From Pocillopora damicornis (lineage: Eukaryota), in NCBI RefSeq assembly GCF_003704095.1, contig NW_020844475.1, forward strand, positions 1 to 64,000: a DNA stretch of 64,000 nucleotides, in the 5' to 3' direction. This document shows, one piece after another, positions 1 through 14,400 of this stretch. The notes under the pieces are model-generated. The model searched no databases, was not told the DNA's origin, and saw only the letters and a program-made list of their open reading frames with translations. The position numbers and the translations under genes are program-made. Each line of letters opens with the position of its first letter. Within the stretch, counting starts at the first letter, position 1.

Positions 1-159
1 GGGGAAGGTGGGTTGTCTAGGTTGACTAACTCTGGTGCCTTTCCCGTGATGAAAACAGAGGACTAGGACCAGCTTTTTCTATTAATGCCCAGATCTCTGC
101 GCGGTTAATCTAAGCTTCAGTTAACGAATGATGTGGCGTGACAATCAAGGAACTGACTT

Positions 160-3100
160 ATGACTTTATTTTCGTTGAGAGTTTGGAGAAAAACCCTGGT
201 GGTTGCAAGGAACACTGAAACAAGCAGAGGCTTTGGTGTGTTTACAGCCATGCTGCGTAAAGAGGACGTTGCTTCCATGAGAAGAAACTATGAAATGCCC
301 GATGGCTTCGATGAATCTCATCTTGTGGCAAAGGAACCTTTTATGCAGTTCGATGCGTGGTTCAGAGAAGCTTCCAAAAGTCCTAATATCGGAGAGGCAA
401 ATGCCATGATTCTATCCACATGCGGAAGGTTTGTGGTGATTTTTCTCATCTTTTCAATTAATTTTAATGTATTCTTTCGCATCACCCGGTACCTCTTACA
501 TAGCATTATTGTTATGATGTTCGCCATATTGGATTATCAACCGTTTCAGCGGCGTTAGGAATGGAAAGAGTTTCTTTCTCAAACTACTGTTTCTTCTGCA
601 GGGACTGTCGTCCTACAGCAAGAGTGGTGTTGTTAAAAGGCTATGATAACACAGGATTCACTTTCTTCACTAATTATAACAGCTCAAAAGCAGGACAATT
701 GGTGAGCTTACCTTATTATGTAATCATGGTTATGTAATGTTTTCAATCTTAGAACTGAAGCAACATTCACATTATTGGACGCACGGGTGTCGCTGATATG
801 TTTTTCGAATTTCAAAACTAGATACATACAATCTATGCAGATCATTCTGGATACTTCTTTTGTTTACATGTTTGTGTAAAGAGGGAGGGGAGGGTTGGGA
901 GAGTCAAACTCTCAAGGGACGTTGCATTGATGCAAGGTACTGAACTTCACTTTTATTTTAATGATAAGCTGAATTATATTTTTATTTTGATTGGATCTTT
1001 CTTATAATCCATTGGAGGACAGATGCATTGATGATGCCACCATTGAAAAAATTTTATGATTAATTTATATGAATTAAAAGGATTCCATGTTGCAGTGGTC
1101 TTGCTCAGTAATAGATCACAAAAGATGTCAAGCTGTGGTAAGAACGTTAGTGACACTCAGCTGTACCACATTTTAGTGTCATGTTTGATTTATCACAGAA
1201 AAGATGCATGGCAATATGGAGTCTACATGTATTTTTTGAATAAGGGTGCAGGTCACAACTGTTATCCCAACATATAGTAAAGTGTTGAGGTGTTGCAAGT
1301 ATCTTAAAGCAATCAAGGTATCAGGTTGATTATTGGCGCAAATAAAGTAGCCAACCTAAATATGGCTGGATAGGTTCATCTTTACTGCTTAATAAACACA
1401 TTTAGCAAGAGAACCAGCCGTAACTTCACCGACAGAACCACTAATAGTACACTTTGTTCATGCACTGTCACCTACATCAGTATGTGTATGTCCATATCAC
1501 CATTTGCCCACTCAGTTCTAGCTAGTCCAGTGAATACAAACCCAGTTTGCAGTCCACTGCTAATCTGACCTGCACTTGTCAGCTCTCCCATACACATGGA
1601 ATGAAAGTTAAGAAGATGTACCATCTCAATCAAGTCACATCTTTCACAGTGATTTCAAATTTTTAATACAACATCACAATCTCAGGCTGGAGTCTTACAT
1701 GCAAAAAATGTGTGAAGGTTTTGTTGTCAGCCATCTACCTCTGAGCCGTTCTGTAACCAATGAGAGGATGGTATTTACTCTAGAAGAACCAAAAGATAGG
1801 TATGAACTTGGATACTATGGCTAACTTCTGTTCTTTTTTTCAGAAAGAAAACCCTTATGCTTCATTATTATTTTACTGGGACCCTTTGCACCGACAGGTA
1901 AAACTGTAATCTTTTGTTTATGCATTGTTTTACTTTCCTCTCAACTTCAAGAACATCATGTAAACTGCTATATTTTTAATTATCTTATTACTTTTTGTAG
2001 TTTGTTTCTTTTCCTTCATTAACAAAGTATTGTAGATGAGATCTAAATCATCTTGTAGCTATCAATGCTTCTATAGCTGATTTGCTAAAGAGGTGAAATT
2101 GTTAAACATCCCTACAGGGAGAAGCAAAGGGGGGCTCCTGGTCACATTTTGTGCAAGAATTTAAGAAAAATTCACATGTCACAGATATACAAGGGGAAAA
2201 GTCAAATCTCTTTACCAGTGCACAAGGTTTCAGTGAAATTCTGAGGTAATCATAAACTGAAAGAAAAATTCTTAGGTCACATATATTTTTGGAGGCAAAT
2301 CACAAATTTGAATAAATCATGCTTGCCTTTCCATAAAGTTCACACACCAAGAATCAATTTTGGTCTTAATCATGGGTCATGTTTAAACTCTTTGCCACCC
2401 TTCAAGGTTGCTTTTTTAAGGGAGGACTGGGAATGGTTACACCTCAGGCAGTTTGAGCAAATTGGAAACATGTTAAATTTCATCTTAACTTTCTAACCTT
2501 CCCCTTATTAATGTTTATCTAGGTGAGAGTAGAAGGGAGAGTGGAAAAACTGTCGCAAAAAGAGAGTGAGGAGTATTTTCACTCTCGTCCTCGCTCAAGT
2601 CAGATAGGAGCCATTGTCAGTAATCAGAGCTCAGTTATTGCAAGTAGAAAGGTGTGTATTTTCAAATGAATATGATTGACTCAGATTGCTATTACTACTC
2701 TGAATACCATAATCCCATCATGTTATCTCATATTTGAAAGTTTTTTATTTTTTAAGGGAGATCTGCTCCACATGCCTAACCCTCTCATCCCTAAGAGTAA
2801 CCAGTATCTAATTTCTGCTCAACAACTAATCACATATTAAGGTCACAAATTCTCCTTTCTAGCACTGAAGGAAATGTATAGAGAATATAATGGAGAATAT
2901 GCATACTGATGTTAGGGTGTAAAGGGTTAAGAAGTTGTTTCTTGTTGTGGAACTCTTATTAATTATGGGATATTCCTGTCAATAAATGAATGTGTGCAAG
3001 CATAGGCTCATTGTGTTAGAGGTCTTCATGATTAGGATTTTCATCACCTCTGAGGTACTAACTATGATTATCAGTCAAGCAAGACATGGCAGAAGTTTGG

Positions 3101-4526
3101 TGACCACATTTCAACATTAAAACTTGTTGGCTGTGTTTCCAGTGGCAAATTGTCATTTACTAAACTTGTCTAGGCTTGTCTAGGCAACACATGGCTCTTG
3201 AGATTTGGTTAGCCTGCAAACGAAGAAGGTTGCCTGTGACAATACCATTATTTCACTGTAACAGTCAAAACTCCATTAGCAAATTTTTTCCACACCTCAC
3301 TCAACTGATTATTGGCTGTTGGAAATGAAGACTTTGATGATTATTAAGTTTTTAATTAAATCTGCTTTACCTCCTCAATTAGGTTAATTGTTGAGGTAAT
3401 TTCCAAAACCCAGGGGTCTGAGAAGCAAAGTTTGGTTGTCATAAACTCATGTTTTTGTATTCACGTTAAATAACATTTTCTGTGGGTACCTGCTCTAATA
3501 TTATTCACTGTAAATACAAGAACACATTAAGTTTGTGCAGTTTCCTTGTTGGAATTCCACTAGCTTCATTCAACTGACATTAAACTTAAAAGGTGTCCTT
3601 TACTCTAAAGTGCAATCAATAATGTTATTTTAAACTACATGCTCTTCATTGCATGTTTACCGATCACCCATTCTTAAACTCTTGAAAACATCATCGTGCA
3701 GCATGTAAATGAAGATGTCAAACTTTGTTTCTAAAGTGGAGCCAAGTGTTATAGGACNNNNNNNNNNNNNNNNNNNNNNNNNNNNNNNNNNNNNNNNNNN
3801 NNNNNNNNNNNNNNTCAAAGGGTGTACATTTTCAAAGAAATGTAGAGATGTAGAAGCAAGCACATATCAAACAATAATGATGATATGGGTTAGATAAAGC
3901 CAAAATGTAGTGAGGAAAGAAGAAAAAGAACAACTCTTTGATTCTGGTTCTTCTAAATCCTTGATATGTCCATGATTAATGCTGTCAAGGTTCAGGGCAT
4001 CCATTAGGTTTTTCCGTGAAATTAACTAAACATGGTTTAATATTTCTGTGATATTCATTATTTAAAGGTTTTGGAAGTAAAGGAGAAGGAACTTAAAGAG
4101 CAATATGCTGATGAACAAAAAGTGATTCCAAAACCAGATAATTGGTAAGTGGTCACCTTATAGTGAAGCACATTTACATGGGGTAACAAATCCGATACTT
4201 CCAAGAATTTTATTCTTTAGAACAAAAAAAATATATTATTTCATAAAGGAGCATGGTATAGTGTTGCAAAGCATTGTCTACTTTCCTTTAAAGCAGTACC
4301 AGTACTTGTGTTATAAATTAGTTAAATATCACCTAACAGAATTATTGTATTATTTTTTAGGGGTGGTTTTAAAGTAATTCCAGATAAAGTTGAATTCTGG
4401 CAAGGGCAATCCAGTAGACTCCATGACAGGATTGTTTTCCGTAAACAAGAAGCAGATGAAGTTCTTGCTGAAAATGTAACAAAGAAAGGAGACAATGGAT
4501 GGGTCTATGAGAGACTTTCACCTTAA
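160..4526 (+). CDS. PNPO: Pyridoxine/pyridoxamine 5'-phosphate oxidase; exons 160-428, 602-701, 1844-1897, 2523-2651, 4068-4144, 4361-4526 (264 aa)
   Basis: All introns are GT-AG and phases are consistent. Motifs [82 protein letters not shown] and WVYERLSP match the pdxH/PNPO family. Confidence 0.96.
3758..3814. other. Assembly gap (57 N) in PNPO intron 4
   Basis: Run of N. Confidence 1.
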
Positions 4527-5094
4527 GGGCCACGGCAAGATAAAATTAATATTGTAACAGTTATAGATATTATAAGACTTACACGTACAATGTTATAGTT
4601 GAAAAAACTAAAATTTGCTATGTTTTAATTGACTCTGTAAGCTTTTTGTGGAATGTATATTTTTTTCTTTGTATTAAAATGTGCAATATAACTAAGGTAC
4701 CTTAGCCCCTTCCTAATAAATGTAAGGAGAATCTATCTAACAGTTGTAGGAATTGCTACTATTGGAGTGATATCACTATATCTCTACAGAAGAAGCCATC
4801 TAGATAGTTTTAAAAGAACACTTTTCATGGATTACTCTTCTCAGTATTAATGTGGTCGTATGAGCATGTATTATTTATATATTTTTTGTTAGTGTTCTTT
4901 CTCTTTCCCTCTCTTATATGTGTATAGCTTTTATGTTACTGTAGGAAAACAATTTAATTTATTGTGAAGGGCATCTTTTTATCTTTTATTAAATTATTGT
5001 GCCCTTCTCCATTTACTTTATCTAGTTTGTAATTATTCAAAATGTTGTAATTGTTGGAACAGAGGAAATTAAAACTACAGCACAATACAACCAA

Positions 5095-5194
5095 NNNNNN
5101 NNNNNNNNNNNNNNNNNNNNNNNNNNNNNNNNNNNNNNNNNNNNNNNNNNNNNNNNNNNNNNNNNNNNNNNNNNNNNNNNNNNNNNNNNNNNNN
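5095..5194. other. Assembly gap (100 N, probably a placeholder size) between the PNPO and CLP1 3' ends
   Basis: Run of N. Confidence 1.
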
Positions 5195-5419
5195 AGCACT
5201 CAATAAAAACATCATTGTGTTCCAAATGGAAAGAAAGATCTCAAACAAGACTGGCATGGATAATCCTATTCCAATTCAACAGACTGGTGAGTTCAAAGTA
5301 CTTGCAGGCCATATGCTGTTGCATGAGCAAATGAAATTGCTGAAATAGGACTTGGAAGCTAAATAAATGATGTCAACGAGAATTGCATGAAACAGTAACA
5401 CATGTCATGCTTCTTCAAA

Positions 5420-8400
5420 TTATTTGAAGTCCATAAACTTGACATCGCTGAGCAGGAAGAACTTTCTTGGTAGTGGCCTTGGCGCTGGAGACAGCACCAC
5501 CATCATTTGACGATCTAAATCAACATCATTACTGTAAAGCGGAAAAGATAGTGTTTATTGAATTAGGAACTGTATATATAGTGGATCAATGAAGCATAAA
5601 ATATGAGACAAAGGAATGAGGCTCTGTGAATGTAAACAAAACAAAATTTTTGCTTACTCTGTAAATGCTTGTACTACAATAATTGTTTAATATTAAACTG
5701 TGAAATATCGAAACAGACTCTAAATTCACTAAGTGGGATTGACAAATTCTAGTGAAAAGCAATCCAGGTATATAATTTTGTACTTACACCACAACAAATC
5801 CTATTGTGTTTGTTGTAACTAAGTCTTCTTCTAGTGATTCAGCAGCGCTCAATGCCAACACACAGTGCTTCAAATCACGTCCTGTAAAAATATGGGTTGG
5901 AAGAATTCATATCGGTCCTTTGTTATCAGTCAGTGCTCCTTTCCTCCAGTTTAGACAACTACATTACAATAAATGTTTAGGTACTCACTTCAACCTCACG
6001 CCCATTCCATAAGATGGAATGGGCATGAACCCTATTGCAAATTTGCTCCTTACTAGTTTTCTTAACAAAGGAATTGAAGATTTGGGAGAAAGAGGTTTAA
6101 GTAGGGATGAACATGTTTCATTATAAGACAACCCTAAGAAGAGTACAAATAATAAACATATCTAACAAAAATATCACACAATATTGCACAGTTATTTGAA
6201 CAGTTGGAGAGTATTTTCATAAATTTGTAGTCCCTAAATTATAGAAAAAGGGACAAACCTAACATCCTGTGAACTTAACTGTACAAGTATAGTGGATTAA
6301 GCACATGACAGCAAAAAGTACACTTAAAAAAAGTTACGGGAAAAACAAAACCATCTCAAGTGGACAAGGTGCCTCAATCATTTCCAGTTTGGTACCTATC
6401 ATGGTAGTTGCTCTCTGCAATTTCCACAATCTTTGTTTCATTTCAATTGATAACACATTTTTGTTGCAACTGTTTCTACTGTAACATACTTTAATCCTTT
6501 TACAATGACAAATTTAAATTATGTGACTGTAGACCTTATGATCTGTAATAGTTGTACCTGGTTGAACTGGGACCAGTTTGGTTTCATTCTGATCTGGAGC
6601 CATTCCAAGTGGCAGACATGAATCAGGAACAGCAGGGGCTGAAATGTTTCAGAAATGAAAGCAAATGAAGCTGGTTAGCAGACAAACTAAAAAAGACAAA
6701 ACAAATATTTTCAACCCTGAACACTGGCCAATATCAGTATGCTGATTCTCCTTACTGCTCTTTATACATTTCCTACAGTACTTACATGGAGAATTTGTCT
6801 AACAATCAAGAGCTCCTTTCAGTTGTTGATCATTTCTTTTATTCTTGTGACCTTATTGTGTGATAAGTAAGGAAATTCAAAATTAAAATTTACTTACCCC
6901 CAATCTTGTAGATCTTTATGTCTGCAAATTTGACCTCAAAAATATGCGGATAAAAACTGGAGTTAATTCCATAAAAGTAGTCTCTCACTCTGTTATCTCT
7001 TGTTTCTCTGCGAGTCTCTTGACTTCTTACCACCACCTACAAGTTAGAGATACAAGGTTTTACTCACTTTTACTTCAGCTCACAGCTTAAATGCACCATA
7101 TTTTCAAAAAGAATTTTTGGGGTCATAATTTAAACAATTTCTATAAAGATTAGACAGGTCACTTACCCCGCCAGATTTTGGTAGATGCACAATCTGAACC
7201 TTGCTGCCAAACTGCTTCTTTAGATCATTGTAAAGTCTCTCTTGGTCAAGAACAACAATGACATTCACTAAAAGTGAAAAAATCCAAATAAAAGCAAAAC
7301 AACAACCACTGAAAACCTATCACAAGAACTTGTTCAAGGATTAACACACAAGAGCAGTTTTCAATGAGTGTTGGAGAACTAAAACCAAAGTAATCGCAGA
7401 AACCAACCAGAACAATGATTACATTATCATTAGCCAATAAGAACTCAGAGTGAGAAGAAGCTCCAATACCAATACCAATTCCAACCCAAGAAATTCATCC
7501 CTTTTAACCCTTTAACTCCCAAGATCTGATTGTTAATTCTCCCCTCTAGCTGCTACACAATCCCTTGTAAATTAGTTGCAAGAATTTGGTGTTAGATCAA
7601 GATAACAACTTCTTACTGATCAGTTTGAATATTCTCATTACCTGCTTGCTGGATAATGTAAGGACATTATAGGGAGAAGTATCTTGTTAATCACTTCTGA
7701 GTGTTTAATGGTTAATCACATCACAACTTTCTATATCTTTTTAGTGACCAAGATGTGATTGTTTTTAATCTAAATTTGCATCCAATTGTTGAGGAGGCCT
7801 GGGATGGGGCAAATTCTCTGAACTAAATACAGAATAAAGTTAAGTTAAACCAAATCAGTCCCTGATTACTTTTGACCCTCAATTAAAAATTGTTCTTAAG
7901 ACAATGCTATAGAAAACAGGTTGACTGTTAACCTTCAAATGCTTCAGCAGCATGCACCAGAATTCTATAACCAGTTCCAGTCACCCAGCCACAGGTATTG
8001 ATAATACATCCACTGACTCGAGCTGCAACGAGACAAACCCCTTTTGATCAGTTATTGTAACAAATTGTGCAAGACCCATATACAATTCACTCAAATTTCA
8101 AGATCAAATCAGTAATTGCACAATAATGCACAGTACCCTTGAATGCATCAGAAACACCAAACCATCTACTTCAGGGAGGCCTGGTTCTCATTGAAAGTAA
8201 GTTTGTGTATTTAATACTCATGCAATTGTGAGTAAATATTGTTTTTTGTATCTTTCTTTGATGTAATCATGTTGCCATATATTGATGACCTTGTTGGATT
8301 ACAGCTGTTTGAAACCATTGCTTTAAACTAAAAGCAAAGCTTATTAATTCAAACTTCTTGTTCAGCTGTTGTGCTTTATAATAAATGCAAGAAAATGAGC

Positions 8401-11400
8401 TTTTTATCATTTTAGTATTCCAAATTTTGACAACAGGAAAACTTGAAAAAAGTAGCAATAGTCTTGTTGCATTTTATTTGGCTCACTGAAGAAACACTAG
8501 AAGGGGTTGTTTGCAATTAAAATTTATTTCAAGAAGCTAATAAACAGAAATTAAAGCACCTGCAAAAACCAAAGGATTAGATGTCAGCATTTATTGTGCA
8601 TGTTCATGTACAGTATCTGCACTGGAGCAACTGACTTATTTACTTACTGGTTAACTACATGTACACTGTCAGTTGTACATTTTATGAAGCACACCTACCC
8701 TTCTTGTTCTTTTCAAACCTCTCTTTTGTGACTTCAGCTATTTTGCTGGATATCTTGTTGTAAAGCTTTTCACTGGGAGCTGGTGACACGTGACCATAGT
8801 GATAAACTAGTGGTGCTTGAAGTGGAAATCCTGAAATTCCCAGAAAACAAGTATTTGCTATAAAATTGTCTGCATAATGTCACAAATTTATCATAACAAT
8901 TATAGTAAGTCTTGACTGAAACAATCTAAAAATTACAATAGATAATGTTAACCCTTTACACCCCAACATCAGTATGCATATTCTCCATACTGTTCTCTAT
9001 ACATTTCCTTGCAAAAATATGGTTACTTACAGGGAGAATTTGTTTAACAATCAGGAGGTTTTTTTAGTTGGTGATCATTTCCTTTATTCTCATGACCTTA
9101 ACACACGATTCAGGGGTGATATTGTACGTAGAAATTAGATGATGAACACTCTTAAGGGTAAAACGGTTGATTTAAAAAGGAATACTTCACCTTCTTCAAT
9201 GTCAGCAGGTCTTTCAATTAAAAGAGCACCTATTCAAAAGAAAGTAAATTATGTATGTTCATTTGATTCATCAAATTGTTTGCAGAAATCATGTCTCAAA
9301 AATCTTGGATCATATAACTTGGGAGAAAAATCAAGCCTCAATTCCTGCTCAACAATCATGACACCAAAGACTCAAGATTAACCTTTTCACTCTTAGAGGT
9401 TATCTGGTCTGCTACACATATGTTCACTGTCCATAAAATTTCAATACTCAGTCAAGAATCTAAATAAAATGGGAAAGGGTATACAAAATAGTCTCACTGT
9501 ACTTACCCATTGTGCCTGGGATGCCAATATAACCCTACATGGAAAAAAATTGCACGGATCTTTGAAATAATACTTGGAGATTACACAATTTTATTAAAAA
9601 GTCATGTAGTAGTACTTGCTTGGAAATAACTCTCTTAAGTTTGCAGAGATTTATGTACAACAACATACCATATTAAAAAAAAGTTACTCTGACTAAAATA
9701 TACATAACATTCCATTCCCAGGCAAATTACAAGATTGTCCTTCACCCTTCCAGTCCCAAGATGTTATTAATAATTCTCCTTACCCTCTGCAATACAATTC
9801 TGCTGAAATTGGTTTGGAGAATTTGGTATTAGAGCAACTTAACTCCCCTAATTGATATTTTTGTTCATTCTCATCATTTGCATAATTGAAATTGTATTGA
9901 TGTTGTGAGGAGAAATTATGTCTTGGTCACTCATAGGAATTAAAGAGTTAGTGTTCGATATCATGCTTTTCCAGATAACCAACTGAAATTCCACGGACAC
10001 AAAAACTCTTCAAAACTACATATGTCTTGCATTTGTGAAAGTACATGTACTCTGACTGATTAATAACAATGCATATCTTTCTTTAAAAATTTTAATTAAG
10101 TCAAGTACTATACTTCATACCTGACCCACATCCAGATCAACAAATACTGGTCTTCTTCCCAATCTAACAGCATAATTCGACAAAAGTTTACAGAGTGTTG
10201 ACTTCCCAACATCAACTGGGCCAGCAACCATCACCTGGGTATCAATTATAAAGAATAATATTATAATACAGTTTTATCCATTTGTCTATTGAACCCCTTT
10301 AACTCCCAAGATCTGAGTGTTAATTCTCCCCTCTAGCTGCTACACAATTCCTTGTAAATTAGTCACAAGAATTTGGTGTTACATCAAGATAACAACTTCT
10401 ACCTGATCAATTTGAGTATTCTCATTAACTGCTTGCTGGTTAATGTGAGGGTCTTATAAGGAGAAGTTACTTGTTAATCATTTCTGAGTGTTAAATGGTT
10501 AATCACATCTTTCACAACTTTCTATACTTTTTTTCAATTATAATGCATGAGCTTTCCTTACTAACATCCAGGGCTTGCCTATTATATATTTTTGAAATTT
10601 TTTATGTTGCAATGCAAAACATAATTTCTTAAGTCACTCTTTAGGGTCAAAGGCTAATTGGGTAAAGAGGACTCACCCTTGGACCAGTCTCTGGTTCATC
10701 AACAGCTTCAGCCTTCTGTCTCATCTGTTCCAGTCCCATGTGAAGATTCAAGTACATTACCATTGGTGTCTCTTTAGAGACATATGCATCAACAGGACCA
10801 GAGATTTGAATGTGGTTATGGAAAACACAGTTAGAAATGTTATGAAACCTAACTGTGCAAATAATTGAATGTACTAAATGCAAATACCCCTATTTTTCTA
10901 ATTTGGGAATTATGGTCTAATATGAGAGAAACATTTTCATACTATAATATGAATACTCTGTTGCTTTCTTTCATTAAAATTGCCTCTTTCATGTAGCTTT
11001 CCCAAGTATTAAGCCTCAGATTGTCAGCTATGTATTCAGCTATGATGCATGCGTTTTCAAAGACAAACTGTGCAATCAATGGAAGAGTACTTAAAATCAC
11101 ACTGTGCAATGCTCCTTCCCCTCTCTTTCTCTGGTGTCACCTAAAGAGCTCTTAATTTGATTTGCTGGCAAAGAGTGAGATGCCCCAAGCATCACCTACT
11201 GGAGGTATGGCAGCATGCTTCTCCCAGAATTGTGAAAAAAATGAAGCAGATGAGATGTGCCCTAATACATGTACATTCTGTTTGAAATTGTTCACAGTAA
11301 GTGAAAAGAGAACAAGGAGTAAATTCTATTTAAAGGGACAATTAATTTTATGGGTAATTAACTGAAGCGGCAGTTTGCAACATCAAAATCAACAGTTTAA

Positions 11401-14400
11401 ATGACAAACCCTAAATAAGTGAGAACAAAACATTTACAGTTTTAGCACAAGAGTATAAGATTGAATCTGTTTATGCAATTTTCATGCTCAGTTTAAGAGA
11501 CTTACAATTATAAGAGTTTTGCATTTAACTTCTCTCTGATGACCCTTTATCATCTTATATGTGAGTCACCAACTGGCTTCATTGAATTTGGAGCCTACAT
11601 CAAAGATCAGTACAAATAGGAAAGGATATTTCTACAGTGCAACCATGCCAAGTAAAAATTGCAACATTTGATCCAGCTTTGAAAGTGAACTTCTTGTTTC
11701 TCACCAGTTCAGTTCCAAACACCTCACCTTGACCTTGTAGCAGCTACAATGAGTAAAGGGAAAGAAAACTGTCTTGTATACATTCAATGAATAAAAAGTA
11801 CACCTTCCTGTATACTTTTAGGGTTCTATTTTTCAACATGCCTTTATCTGGTAAAGGCTTAGTGAATATACCAGCAGCTGACTAGCTCCCAGCACCAAGA
11901 TCATGGGATATTTAAAGATACTGACAAAAACCGAAGCAGAGAGATAATAATTCAACCCCTCCCAAGATCTGATTGTTAATTCTCCCCTCTAGCTGTCACA
12001 CATTACTCCTTTGCTAAGAGAACTCCACTGGCTACCAGTGCGCTCGCGCGTAGATTTTAAGCTTCTCCTTGTTACATTTAAGATTCTTCACGGTGTTGCG
12101 CCTAGCTATCTTAAGGATCTTGTCTCTGTCTTACCGGTCTCACGTTACCAACTACGCCGTAACAATAATGGTATATTGTTAGAAAGACCTCAGCTAAGAA
12201 CAAAGAAGACCTTGGGAGATCGCGCGTTATCGATGGCTGCCCCCTTTTTATGGAACAGTCTTCCTCTGCCAATTAGACAGGAAACATCAATCGACTCTTT
12301 TAAACGCTCTGTTAAAACTTATTTATTTAAAAAGGCTTTTAGTTAGATTATTTATTTATTTATTTTTTATTTTTATTATTTTTATTTTTTTAATATTGTA
12401 ATGTTAATATTGTAATATTGTAATTTTACCGAGTAATTTTACTGGTTTTAATTTAATCTTTAATAATATTGTAATGCGCTTTTGAGTATTTTTATAGAAA
12501 AAGCGCAATATAAGTATTAAATATTATTATTATTATTATTACATCTCTTTGAGAATAATATTATTAGTTATGAGAACTTGGTGTTAGATCAAAACAACAA
12601 CTTCTACCTGATAAGTTTGAATATTTTCATTACCTGTTTGCAGGATAATGTGTGGATATTATACAAAGTTAATATATATTAATCACTGTGGAAGTTTAAG
12701 GCTGGGTTAATTTTGCATATCAATTATTTAGGTTATGGTAAGAACATCTATATTTTTACTGTTGTAACTAATTGAAAAACATCTGTAAATTTTGCATTGA
12801 TTGTTTTTGTTACTCCTTTGCTCAAAAGTAAAAGTGACTTCAACTAACAAAACATGATGAAATGAGAAACCAATTAACCCTTTAAATCCCAAGATCTCAT
12901 TATTAATTCTCCTTACTGTTTGCCATACAGTTCTTATGATGTTAATTTGGAGAATTTGGTATTGGATCAACTTATAATCCCCTAATCTATATTTTTCTTT
13001 ATTGTTATCACTTGTCTGCTTGATATTGTACTGATATTGTAACAAAAAATTATGACTTGGTCACTCATGGGAATTAAAGGGTTAAAAATTGAGGAAGAGC
13101 ATTATGTTATCAGGTTCCTTTAAGCAGAGAAATCTCCTTCAGGCAGGCTCTTTCTTCAAATCTAAACAATGTCTCCTAAGCTACCATTTTTTAATTTCTC
13201 ATTTGTGAAGGGTATTTGTAAAAAAAAAAAAAAGAACTCTACCAATTCAGATGAAAGCTCAAATGTTGTTTATAACTTGGATTTTAGTCTTGTATGTGCA
13301 CAGGCCTGCCACCACAACTTTATCAGAGTAGCTGTCAAAACAATACTCTCTCTTCAATCCCTTCACTGCTTACCCCACTGAGAAGTCCTGCCAATGCTAG
13401 TTCACTTACTTTTTTTTCAGAATTATACCCTGTTTTGAGTTTTAGAGGCCAGGCTATCTCACATCTCCAGTGCCAGAAATTTGACTTTTACTATCTAACT
13501 TTTGACACACTGAGTACTCATGTAGGCACACAGTATGCAAATCGCATGACAGTTTGACCATCAAGACTACTCGATTGTCTTACTTTGTATATACATGAAC
13601 AGTTGCATTGCTTACCACAAGTTGTGCTTTTCCTTTTCCCTCTGGGATTTCAATACGTAATTCTGAGTCCTTTTCAAGTTTCCATTGCTGCCTTTCTTCA
13701 GGCTAAAACATGAAGTTTTTAAGTTAATATCAGCTAACCAACACCCACCTTAGTTCAATTCAGGTTTAATCACAGGTATAACATTTGAATGTGTAGCTAC
13801 ATGTAGTCTGATTGTTCAGGTGAGAGTGGTTCTGAGAAGGATGTGTTACAATGATGTCATAGTCTTTATCATCCTATAGTATATGTACCTTGATTGGTGA
13901 ATGATTAAAGGGGCTAAGTTTCTAAAGAAACTGTGGTGCTGCATCAGTAGGGAAGTACAACAGGGTAATTCAGTAGTATCAACTGAGTTGATATGTAAAT
14001 TGGCCACCTTTAAGAGTTTCAAAGCTGATGTTTTGAGTTTTAGTCCTTCATCAAAGTTAACGCACAAACTGTCAGCTTTGAAACTCTTTTCTGTGACCAC
14101 AGTTGAGTTAGCAAACTCTTTACTGCGGTCATAGTTGAGTTAGTGATCTCACACGTTTGGATATCCTCATGACAACTAGAACCATGAATGTTGGTAAGTA
14201 AATTCATTTTACATTGTTTCCCTTTTCAATATTACTTCAGGTTTGTAAGTACAGTGGATCAGTTAGCATTTTATGATTTACTTCAGTTGACCTTTTGCTT
14301 TATATGGAACAGAAGTGATTGAAATAAATGAGTGTGCTGATTAATGTTCCATGAGTTTATCCAAAGTATTAACAGGATGGTTGTGGGTAGTGGTGACTGA

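Noticed and set aside
12728-13045. 105-aa ORF in CLP1 intron 2
   Set aside because: Runs through a non-coding MITE; no protein features.
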